Made by a program: the position numbers and the translations under genes. Shown here one piece after another: positions 22,144 to 30,017 of a DNA stretch of 64,000 nucleotides. The notes under the pieces are model-generated. The model saw only the letters and a list, made by a program, of their open reading frames with translations. It searched no databases and had not been told where the DNA came from. Where the stretch lies: NCBI GenBank assembly GCA_041906885.1, contig JAYRII010000014.1:74059-138058 (forward strand), given 5' to 3'. Positions within the stretch are counted from its first letter, which is position 1. Each line of letters opens with the position of its first letter. The DNA comes from Candidatus Saccharimonadia bacterium (GTDB taxonomy: Bacteria > Patescibacteriota > Saccharimonadia > CAILAD01 > CAZGYV01).

Positions 22144-23331
22144 TTAATTAAAATCCCATTTACATTTATTATTTATTATTCCATAGCCTGGATTGTCACT
22201 AATGTGTAAAGTCGATGCATTTTCCAGAAAATCGTAAGGAATGGTGTTTTTTTCGTTAAATACACTGATTACAATGCTGTACTCACCATTTGTGATATTA
22301 AGTGGTTCAAAATTACAAATTACATCACCATTATTTTTTAATACAATAGGTGATTTTATGCTTTGATTTGTATTTGGTCCTACAATATTAACATCGCTTT
22401 CATTAAATATACCTATACCAAAAATACATTTTTTCTTTCCCGCAACGTTGTTGTAGTTGAATTCAATTTGGAATTTTTCATATGACGAAATTTTATTTGT
22501 TTTTTTACCTTTAGAATTATATATATTAACCTTATCTATAATTACTTCGTTTGTTCCCCTGTGCCAAGCTTTGCGCTCAACAGTCTTACTGCCACCGAGT
22601 AATAGGTTTTTGTAAAAATTTGTTACCTCTGTATTAGTACCAGTGCAAGCTATTTCACCAGATTCAATTGCAATCGATCTATCGCAATACCTTTTAATCG
22701 ATGCCATATCGTGTGAAATAAAAACTACTGTACGTTTACTTCTTTTTAATTCATCAAAATATCTAAGACATTTAGTCTGAAATGCTGCGTCACCAACCGC
22801 TAATACTTCATCTATCAGTAAAATATCACTTTTTGACTGTATTGCTATTGAAAATGCTAAACGTACCTGCATGCCCGATGAATAATTTTTAAGCTTTTGA
22901 TCCATAAACCGACTCAACTCAGAAAATTCAACTATTTTTTCATACATAGTACTTATTTCTTTTCTTCCAAATCCCAGAAGAGCACCATTTAAATAGACAT
23001 TTTCTTTTCCTGTTAATTCTGGGTTAAAGCCAACCCCAAGCTCTATAAAAGGAGTTAATTTGCCGTTTACATTGATTGTGCCACTACTTGGGTTATATAT
23101 TCCTGCTAATATCTTAAGCAAAGTACTTTTGCCACTACCATTTCGACCAACAATTCCAAAAAATTCACCCCCCTTAACATTAAATGAAATATCCTTTAAT
23201 ACGTGTTGGTTTTCAAAATGGCTATTTCTACTAAAAGGATTTATAATTATACCTTTGAGTGAATTAACTTTTTCATGCGGTAATCTAAATATTTTATTGA
23301 GATTTCTAACTTCAATGATTGGTTTTGTCAC
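22144..23331 (-). CDS. polysaccharide ABC exporter ATP-binding protein (Wzt/TagH-like) with C-terminal extension
   Basis: Walker A GIVGRNGSGKSTLL, signature YSSGMQVRLAFSIA, Walker B ILLIDEVLAVGD. A ~150-aa C-terminal domain is consistent with a glycan-binding Wzt C-domain. Confidence 0.9.
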   Translation of the reverse strand: MTKPIIEVRNLNKIFRLPHEKVNSLKGIIINPFSRNSHFENQHVLKDISFNVKGGEFFGIVGRNGSGKSTLLKILAGIYNPSSGTINVNGKLTPFIELGVGFNPELTGKENVYLNGALLGFGRKEISTMYEKIVEFSELSRFMDQKLKNYSSGMQVRLAFSIAIQSKSDILLIDEVLAVGDAAFQTKCLRYFDELKRSKRTVVFISHDMASIKRYCDRSIAIESGEIACTGTNTEVTNFYKNLLLGGSKTVERKAWHRGTNEVIIDKVNIYNSKGKKTNKISSYEKFQIEFNYNNVAGKKKCIFGIGIFNESDVNIVGPNTNQSIKSPIVLKNNGDVICNFEPLNITNGEYSIVISVFNEKNTIPYDFLENASTLHISDNPGYGIINNKCKWDFN

Positions 23332-24143
23332 TATATGTTCTCCGCAAAATAGATAGATTCTTTTTTAAAGTAATATATGCCCGAAGCAAGTGTTAATAAG
23401 ACAATTATCAATGGAACAATAAAGAATAAATTGTCACCATATACTCTGCTGAAGGTGATAGTCTCTTTCGATACCATTACATACCTACTCCCTTGAACTG
23501 CTTGTGCAATAGGGTTTAAAAGTATTATTTTTTGCATCCATGCTTGCTTTACTAGAGAAAGTGGGTAAATTATTGGGGTTAAATAAAAAAGTCCTTGAAG
23601 ATTTATCTCCCATATATAACTTATGTCCCGGTATTTTACATACAAAGCTGAAAGCCACAACGATATTCCCAATGAAAATATATACATCTCCATAATAAAT
23701 ATTGGTAAAAACAGAATTGATAGTGACGGCGTGACTTTATTGAGAATCATGAACAGGGCAACAATTATTAAGTTTAAACCAAAATTTATTAACGCAGAAA
23801 TACTAACTGACACAATAATAATCCAAAGAGGAATCTTTATTTTTCTAATTAAATCTCCACGCCCAACGATTGATGAAGTGCTTTGCGATGTAATTTCAGC
23901 AAAAAAAGTCCAAATAACTATTCCAAGAAGTAGGTAGACTGGGTAGTGGGGTATGGATCCCCCTAATTTTAAAAACTTAACAAATACCACATACAGTATT
24001 AAGAATAAAAACAAAGGTCTTAATAATGACCAGGCGTATCCCAATATAGAGTTTTGGTATCTTAGCTTAAAGTCTGTACGGACTAACTCTTTTAATAGTA
24101 CTACGTTTTTCTTTGAAAAAATGTTATTTAGACTTGCCATCAA
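23331..24143 (-). CDS. ABC-2 type polysaccharide exporter permease (Wzm/TagG-like)
   Basis: 270 aa, 6 TM. Start overlaps the ATPase gene (translational coupling). Confidence 0.85.
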   Translation of the reverse strand: MMASLNNIFSKKNVVLLKELVRTDFKLRYQNSILGYAWSLLRPLFLFLILYVVFVKFLKLGGSIPHYPVYLLLGIVIWTFFAEITSQSTSSIVGRGDLIRKIKIPLWIIIVSVSISALINFGLNLIIVALFMILNKVTPSLSILFLPIFIMEMYIFSLGISLWLSALYVKYRDISYIWEINLQGLFYLTPIIYPLSLVKQAWMQKIILLNPIAQAVQGSRYVMVSKETITFSRVYGDNLFFIVPLIIVLLTLASGIYYFKKESIYFAENI

Positions 24144-24315
24144 GTATAAAGTTTACAATATTACTTCTATTATTTCTAGATTATGATTATTGGATCTGTC
24201 AAAGCACACGGAACAAACACTCTTAAAAGTAAGGTTGACTGTCTTTAAATAGGTACGAGAAGTTAACTCGAGCTTCAAATTCTATCAGGAGCTGTGGCAA
24301 GGGGTTCATCCGAAT

Positions 24316-24693
24316 TTGTCCATTCATCCTATTGATGACTTTGGCAAAGAGTGGCTGAAAGAAGAAAAAGTATTAAAAACTCTAGTACAAAAAGAAGACA
24401 AAGCAATTTATTTCATTGCGATTTGTAGTAATTCCAAACCACCTAAACTCGGGCAAATTAATGTAATTGCTGAAGCTTGGAGCGACAAAAATGTCTATAA
24501 ACAAGATTTACAGAGACACAATATGTTACTACAGCTAAAAAAGGACATAAAAGAGAAAAATGAGAAGGTAAAAATATTAAATACCAGATTAGAACAATTA
24601 GAAACTCAGTACTCTATAGTGACAAGCTCTTTACTCTGGAAGATCACAAAGCCACTGCGTAGAGCAAGAAGAGCATTAAAAAATAAAAAATAA
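24316..24693 (+). CDS. hypothetical coiled-coil protein
   Basis: 125 aa ORF that fills an intergenic gap and is co-oriented with the downstream GT2. No recognisable motif. Confidence 0.35.
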   Translation: MSIHPIDDFGKEWLKEEKVLKTLVQKEDKAIYFIAICSNSKPPKLGQINVIAEAWSDKNVYKQDLQRHNMLLQLKKDIKEKNEKVKILNTRLEQLETQYSIVTSSLLWKITKPLRRARRALKNKK

Positions 24694-24721
24694 CAATCGG
24701 TTTAAATGATATAATACACCT

Positions 24722-25750
24722 ATGAAGCGACCGGCTGTGAGTATTGTCATCCTCAATTGGAATGGCATTGATTTGATAGATGAGTGTCTAGATTCATTAA
24801 GTGAGCAGTCATATAAAAACTTTGAGATAATATTGGTGGACAATGGTTCGACCGATGGTTCGTCAGAGTACATTGCAAAAAAATATCCCAATATAAATCT
24901 ATTACCACAAAGAAATAATTTAGGCTTTTCAGGCGGTGTGAATATTGGCATAAAAAATGCTAGGGGTAAATATATAGCCTTGCTAAACAATGATGCATTT
25001 GTTGATCCAGATTGGTTGATGAACTTAGTGAATGTGTTAGAGGATGACCCGGATGTAGCGATTTGTACGTCTAAGATTCTCGAACAAAACAAGCGCAACG
25101 ATAAATACAAGATAGATTCAACCGGGGATTATTATTCCATTTGGGGGTTGCCTTTTCCGCGTGGTAGGGGAGAGTGGGACAAAGGCCAGTATGACTCTAA
25201 AACTAATGTATTTGCTGCTTCTGGTGGTGCCTCTATATACCAGGCCAAACTTTTTAAAGAAATAGGTTTATTTGATGAAGAATTCTTTGCATATTATGAA
25301 GATGTTGATATATCGTTTAGGGCTAGATTGGCTGGACATGAGATTCGTTATGAGCCAAGCGCCATAGTGTACCACAAAATTGGTGCGACCTCCGGCGGTG
25401 GAAAATCTAGTTTTTCGAGATACCATAGTATTAAGAATACTTGGTATTGTTATCTAAAAAATTTACCGATGAAATTATTTTGGAAATATCTGCCCAGATT
25501 GATTTTTATTCAATTTTTGCAACTAATTTCCTCGATTAGAAACGGCTTATTATGGCCTCATGTCAAATCAACTATTAGAGCCATAATTATGACACCCAGT
25601 ATGCTAATTAAGCGGCACAATATTCAAAAAAATCGTAAAATTAATACGAGTAATTTAAATGATTGGCTAATTAAAACTATGCCCCCCTTGCAGCAAAAAT
25701 CGATGAAAAAATATTTTGGCAGGTTTTATAATAAAAGTAGGAAAGTATGA
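24722..25750 (+). CDS. GT2 family glycosyltransferase
   Basis: VSIVILNWNGIDLIDECLDSLSEQSYKNFEIILVDNGSTDGS, DxD-type motifs. Confidence 0.85.
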   Translation: MKRPAVSIVILNWNGIDLIDECLDSLSEQSYKNFEIILVDNGSTDGSSEYIAKKYPNINLLPQRNNLGFSGGVNIGIKNARGKYIALLNNDAFVDPDWLMNLVNVLEDDPDVAICTSKILEQNKRNDKYKIDSTGDYYSIWGLPFPRGRGEWDKGQYDSKTNVFAASGGASIYQAKLFKEIGLFDEEFFAYYEDVDISFRARLAGHEIRYEPSAIVYHKIGATSGGGKSSFSRYHSIKNTWYCYLKNLPMKLFWKYLPRLIFIQFLQLISSIRNGLLWPHVKSTIRAIIMTPSMLIKRHNIQKNRKINTSNLNDWLIKTMPPLQQKSMKKYFGRFYNKSRKV

Positions 25751-26874
25751 AGCGCATAATAATCGATGGGCGCTGGATCAAGCAAACCGGTATAGGTCGC
25801 AATATCGAAGAGACTCTAAAAAGAATTTTAGAGCTGGACCATGACAATCACTACATCTTGCTGGTGCGCGACGAAGATAGGGTGGCCATCAGTCTTAGAG
25901 CGCCAAATTTGGAGTTGGTGAGTGCAAATATCACCTGGTATACCATGCGTGAACAGACTAAATTACTTAAGCTTATCCAAAGCCTCAAGCCCGATCTGGT
26001 GCATTTTACTAACTTCAATTTGCCGGTTCTCTATCGCGGTCGTTTTGTCGTCACGATTCACGACCTGACGCTATTGAGGTTCAAAAACATCAATGCGTCA
26101 AAGCATTCCAGGCCTGTTTATCACGTCCGCGACGCGGTTATGAGAAGTGTGCTCAGGCGGTCTATAAAAGGCTCTAGGGCTATCATCACACCGAGTGAGT
26201 TTGTAAAAAATGAAGTCATCGAAAAATACCACATCAAAAGAAGCAAGGTTACTACCATTTATGAAGCGGCACGTGATCCCTACCAGAGAGCCAGTATCAA
26301 TTTGCAAAAACACGGCATCGTCAAGCCATACTTGCTTTATGTTGGCAATGCTTATCCATATAAAAATCTCGAACGGTTGATCTTGGCTTTTGGCAAGCTT
26401 ATGACTGAATATATGTTGGATTTTCAGCTCGTAATAGCTGGCAAGAAAGATACTTTTCACGCTGTCCTCGAGAAGGAAGTGCACGGCGCTAAGCTTGAGG
26501 ACCGAGTTATTTTTACAGGCTATGTCACCGATCGTGAACTAGCAGGACTATATAAAGGTGCAGCAATCTATGTCTTCGCGTCGCTTTCTGAGGGCTTTGG
26601 CTTGCCAGCACTCGAGGCGATGAGCTACGGCTTGCCGGTCGCTAGCTCTGATGCTACTTGCTTGCCAGAAATCATTGGTGATGCCGCCGAGTTTTTTAAC
26701 CCCAAAGATGTTAATGACATGGCTCGGGTCATGGCGGCACTTTTGGCCGATTCTACTAGGAGAGAGCAGCTTGTACAGCTGGGCTTAAAGCGAACGAGAG
26801 ATTTTAGCTGGGAAAAGTCGGCTCAGGCCACCCTAGAAGTCTACCAAAAAGCTATGCGTGGCCCAAAAAACTAG
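25747..26874 (+). CDS. GT4 (GT-B fold) glycosyltransferase
   Basis: EGFGLPALEAMSYGLPVASSDATCLPEIIGDAAEFFNP, typical GT1/GT4 C-terminal motif. Confidence 0.85.
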   Translation: MKRIIIDGRWIKQTGIGRNIEETLKRILELDHDNHYILLVRDEDRVAISLRAPNLELVSANITWYTMREQTKLLKLIQSLKPDLVHFTNFNLPVLYRGRFVVTIHDLTLLRFKNINASKHSRPVYHVRDAVMRSVLRRSIKGSRAIITPSEFVKNEVIEKYHIKRSKVTTIYEAARDPYQRASINLQKHGIVKPYLLYVGNAYPYKNLERLILAFGKLMTEYMLDFQLVIAGKKDTFHAVLEKEVHGAKLEDRVIFTGYVTDRELAGLYKGAAIYVFASLSEGFGLPALEAMSYGLPVASSDATCLPEIIGDAAEFFNPKDVNDMARVMAALLADSTRREQLVQLGLKRTRDFSWEKSAQATLEVYQKAMRGPKN

Positions 26875-26890
26875 CAGTCATTGGACAACA

Positions 26891-27952
26891 TTATTGCTCG
26901 CCATTATTGGTGTTGTTATCTTGAATAACTTTTTTAATAGCTTGCCACATCTCGGAGTGGCCATGTCGCATTTTCTGATCATACCACCACTCTGAGCCCC
27001 AGAGGTCGAACTCCTTAATCTTGGTCGAACGGGCGAAGGCAATTATTTCATCCAGATATGTTGGATTCATCGATTTGAGTGATTCTTCGTAGCTGAGTTT
27101 CTCATTACCAACTGGGCCCCAGGCTTCGGCTTGCAGCTCATGAATTTTTATTTTTTGATGCCAGAATAGACTAATCATGGCACCACGCCACCAGTTGTAG
27201 GCACCCGGGTGGATGTATTTGAAGTAGCCAAGCTGCGGGTTCCAGACTCTTTTGTAGACCGAGAAGCCATATATATCTGCCATTGGGCCGAGCACGGGCA
27301 GACCGTAATTATTACTGGCACTTATGAGTACTGGGCGTTTGCTGTCGATCGCTTTGAGCGCTTTGAGCTCAGCGGACAGTTGTTTGCGGGTGAGATTTTG
27401 GCGCGGACACTCACCAAAGACTTTGAGCAAAAATTCATTTTCGAGCTGCCAATTAGTCAGACCCGGATTGTCTTTAAAGTGCTCAGTGGTCGCTCGTACG
27501 AAGTTAGTCGCGGCCGCTCCAGTCTCGCCGGGATTGTTTTTATTTAGCCAAGTAGGGTAGAAACACTCTGGCCAACGGATGACTTTTTGGCCCACTACGA
27601 GGGTAACTTGAGTATCGCGAACACGAGCTTTTTCTAGCATCCAATCGATCTCAGAGAAGTCATATTGACCGGGCGTCTTCTCAATTCGATCCCAGTATGT
27701 TGCAATACGTATATGCTTAGGCTGTAAATCATCCAAGATAGCTTCATAGTTTTTACGCCAATCTTGGCCGAAGCGCTCGGCTTGGACTTGCGAAAAGCTG
27801 ACACCGATAACCTCTTTGTCTTGAGCGTAGAGACGGGCAAATCGCCACATCGCCAGGGTGCTAAAAATAATTAGCAGCATTAGGATTGTCAGGGTTGCGA
27901 GGCCGGCAATCTTTAGGTACCGGAGTTTTTTTGAATGCTTCTTTTGCTTCAT
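26891..27952 (-). CDS. membrane-anchored TIM-barrel glycoside-hydrolase-like protein (clan GH-A-like, e.g. GH5/GH26/GH113)
   Basis: N-terminal TM helix. HIRIATYWDRIEKTPGQYDFSEIDWMLEKA resembles GH-A family glycanases. Family not resolved. Confidence 0.45.
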   Translation of the reverse strand: MKQKKHSKKLRYLKIAGLATLTILMLLIIFSTLAMWRFARLYAQDKEVIGVSFSQVQAERFGQDWRKNYEAILDDLQPKHIRIATYWDRIEKTPGQYDFSEIDWMLEKARVRDTQVTLVVGQKVIRWPECFYPTWLNKNNPGETGAAATNFVRATTEHFKDNPGLTNWQLENEFLLKVFGECPRQNLTRKQLSAELKALKAIDSKRPVLISASNNYGLPVLGPMADIYGFSVYKRVWNPQLGYFKYIHPGAYNWWRGAMISLFWHQKIKIHELQAEAWGPVGNEKLSYEESLKSMNPTYLDEIIAFARSTKIKEFDLWGSEWWYDQKMRHGHSEMWQAIKKVIQDNNTNNGEQ

Positions 27953-28182
27953 CGCTTAGCTATCAAGACTATAAGAAGAGCAATGGTGATTATCAGTGCT
28001 ATTGCTATGATTGGCCAATTGATTTGGCGGCGAGCTTTAGGAGCCAAGGCCTCCCCGGCATTTTTGAGGCGTTGTCTGGGGGGCAAGCTGGGGCTGATCT
28101 CGTATTTTTTTAGTGGGTCGGTAGACTTCACGCTTTTATTGTAAACTTTTAGGCTTGGTAAGCAAAGCGAGGGACTTATGAT

Positions 28183-28211
28183 TGACTTTTGTGCCTAGCA
28201 CTCGGTATAAT
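28183..28211 (+). promoter_or_regulatory. sigma70-like promoter upstream of tRNA-Asn region
   Basis: TTGACT (28183-28188), 17-nt spacer, TATAAT (28206-28211). Confidence 0.45.
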
Positions 28212-28301
28212 CACCTGGTACTACTCGTTTTAAAACGTAGTTCGCCGGCTGACGGACTACATGCAAGTTGAAAGTAGCTGGCCTATGGCCAGAGACTTTT
28301 A

Positions 28302-28356
28302 TTCCGGCGTAGCTCTCCGGCAGCTGCCGGAGGTAGAGCAGCCTAACATTCCGGAA
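28302..28356 (+). pseudogene. degenerate tRNA-Asn 5'-half fragment carrying a 16-bp perfect palindrome insertion
   Basis: ttccggcgtagctc + TCCGGCAGCTGCCGGA + ggtagagcagc matches the tRNA-Asn 5' acceptor/D-arm (tccggcgtagctcagtggtagagcagc). The D-loop is replaced by the palindrome (28316-28331). Confidence 0.4.
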
Positions 28357-28364
28357 TATATCAA

Positions 28365-28439
28365 TCCGGCGTAGCTCAGTGGTAGAGCAGCGCGCTGTTA
28401 ACGCGTTGGTCGTCAGTTCGAATCTGACCGCCGGAGCCA
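28365..28439 (+). tRNA. tRNA-Asn (anticodon GTT), CCA encoded
   Basis: Manual fold. Acceptor TCCGGCG/CGCCGGA, D-arm GCTC/GAGC, anticodon stem GCGCG/CGCGT with loop CTGTTAA, T-arm GTCAG-TTCGAAT-CTGAC, discriminator G plus CCA. Confidence 0.9.
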
Positions 28440-28441
28440 TA

Positions 28442-28480
28442 CAAATGCCCTGAGCAAAAGCTCGGGGCATTTGTATTATT
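28442..28480 (+). terminator. rho-independent terminator after tRNA-Asn
   Basis: Hairpin CAAATGCCCTGAGC-AAAA-GCTCGGGGCATTTG followed by a T-rich tail. Confidence 0.55.
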
Positions 28481-28608
28481 CTGGCCATCTGATGAGAACT
28501 GAAAATTCGGTGGAGCGAGGCGCGCAGGTAAAATAGCAAACGTGTTTGCATATTTTCCGAGCACCGAGTGGAGGTGGCGCTCAAGCGCCACCATCTGACC
28601 GCCTTAAG

Positions 28609-28767
28609 CCATCTAAAAAGTCCGAGCTTCTGCTCGGGCTTTTTAGATTGTTTGATGATGAGATTTGAACTGGTACTTGCGGAAGCAAGTCAGTTCGGCG
28701 TGGCGAAAGCTGCCCGCAGAAGCTAGCTTCGAGCACGGCGATTGAACTAGCTTGCTACACATCTGAG
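28609..28767. repeat. mosaic direct repeat copy A (~159 nt) containing a terminator-like hairpin and tRNA-Asn T-arm/3'-end-like pieces
   Basis: Shares 5' ~62 nt (ccatctaaaaagtccgNgct...ctcgggctttttagattgtttgatgatgagatttgaactg) and 3' ~40 nt (ttcgagcacggcgattgaactagcttNctaca.atctgag) with copy B. The core diverges but both cores contain gtcagttcg. Flanked by gccttaagcc(a) on both sides (28601-28611 and 28768-28778). Confidence 0.6.
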
Positions 28768-28826
28768 CCTTAAGCCAAGTACTTATGCTTAAGACCCGCG
28801 AGGGTCTTTTATGTTAGGATTAATGT

Positions 28827-29696
28827 ATGTTTCTCGAAAGCAAAGACATTGAAGCACATTGGCCACTGACTGACGTAAGGCTTGGTTCAATATTAAAGAA
28901 AACTGACGGCAACCGATCGGTCTTCGTCATTGATTCCAATGAAGGTAAATATATTTGCAAGATAGCCGATGAATGGAAAACGCCAGAAGTTCTTAAAAAA
29001 GACTTGCTCGCTTATGAATTGTTACCAGCAAGGAACTTCCATCATATCTCTAAGTTACTGAAAACGAATAATAACCAACTCTACCTCGAAGTTACGGGAA
29101 AAAACGTATATCTTCTCGAATATGTGGAAGGTGAGAATCCCATATCCAGTCAAATAACATACACAAAACTCGGTGGCATTATTGCAGAGCTACATTCGAT
29201 CATGGATTACCCGTATCCAACCCAATTTCAGCCACAAGCTATCATTCAAAACGATTTACCAAGCTTAGTTCGGGATCAGTCATTTAAAGCCGAGTATATG
29301 GATATTGTCCAGTCATTGCCTGACTTCAATGCTTTACCGACTACATTGATTCATACCGATGTTGCTCCAGTAAATGCTATAGAAAAGTCTGATGGTGAAA
29401 TAATATTAATCGATTGGGATGATGTGGGAGTTGGAGTACGAATTTTGGATATTGCTTTTCCATTGATTCAACAATTTATTTCCGAGGAATGTGAGTTTAA
29501 TGTAACCATTGCAAAAGCATTCTATAATGCTTATAAAGCAAAGATTCAACTAACTGATAAAGAATTAGATAGAATCTTTGATGCAGCACTTTTCATTGCG
29601 CTAATGTATATCATTTATGGCAATATAGAAAAACGATGGAACAGGATTCAGTGGTCGTTGAAAAACCGAAGCACCTTAGAGCAAGTTTTTAGATAA
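28827..29696 (+). CDS. phosphotransferase-family kinase (APH/choline-kinase/HSK-II fold)
   Basis: LIHTDVAPVNAI (HxDxxxxN catalytic loop) and ILIDWDDVGVG (DxD Mg-binding). 289 aa. Confidence 0.75.
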   Translation: MFLESKDIEAHWPLTDVRLGSILKKTDGNRSVFVIDSNEGKYICKIADEWKTPEVLKKDLLAYELLPARNFHHISKLLKTNNNQLYLEVTGKNVYLLEYVEGENPISSQITYTKLGGIIAELHSIMDYPYPTQFQPQAIIQNDLPSLVRDQSFKAEYMDIVQSLPDFNALPTTLIHTDVAPVNAIEKSDGEIILIDWDDVGVGVRILDIAFPLIQQFISEECEFNVTIAKAFYNAYKAKIQLTDKELDRIFDAALFIALMYIIYGNIEKRWNRIQWSLKNRSTLEQVFR

Positions 29697-29726
29697 TACA
29701 GTTCCAACCTCCACTATCACATAGAG

Positions 29727-29879
29727 CCATCTAAAAAGTCCGTGCTTGTCTCGGGCTTTTTAGATTGTTTGATGATGAGATTTGAACTGAAACCGCGAAA
29801 CGGTCAGTTCGCTGTGATTGAGCACGTGCGCAGAAGTTTACTTCGAGCACGGCGATTGAACTAGCTTACTACATCTGAG
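29727..29879. repeat. mosaic direct repeat copy B (~153 nt), ends in a tRNA-Asn 3'-end-like fragment
   Basis: See copy A. The 3' boundary continues into gaagccggagcca (29877-29889), matching the tRNA-Asn 3' end cgccggagcca. Confidence 0.6.
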
Positions 29880-29915
29880 AAGCCGGAGCCAGCTTCTCCT
29901 CCGTCTTATAGTCAG

Positions 29916-30010
29916 TTGACAATGAATCTGCTCATAAAAAAACATCACTTGACAACTTAGTTGACAACAAAAAAATGTAAGTTGACAATTAGTTTATAAT
30001 AGCCTATAAT
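29916..30010 (+). promoter_or_regulatory. consensus sigma70 promoter preceded by four TTGACAA direct repeats. The transcript is nearly leaderless.
   Basis: TTGACAA at 29916, 29949, 29961 and 29982. TTGACA (29982-29987), 17-nt spacer, TATAAT (30005-30010). ATG at 30018, only 7 nt downstream of the -10. A second TATAAT lies at 29995-30000. Confidence 0.5.
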
Positions 30011-30017
30011 CAGTGCC

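Noticed and set aside
28195-28594. Two minus-strand ORFs (129 and 72 aa)
   Set aside because: They run antisense across the tRNA-Asn gene and its terminator. The tRNA fold is unambiguous.
28600-28800. Possibility that repeat copy A is a tmRNA (ssrA) or an intact minus-strand tRNA
   Set aside because: A T-loop-like GTTCAAATC exists on the minus strand, but the flanking stems do not pair. There is no CCA-ended acceptor helix. No tag-peptide reading frame ending in a stop followed by a T-arm could be built.
28609-29879. CRISPR array interpretation of the two repeats
   Set aside because: There are only two copies, each ~155 nt with internal divergence, separated by a protein-coding gene. No short regularly spaced repeats occur anywhere in the window.
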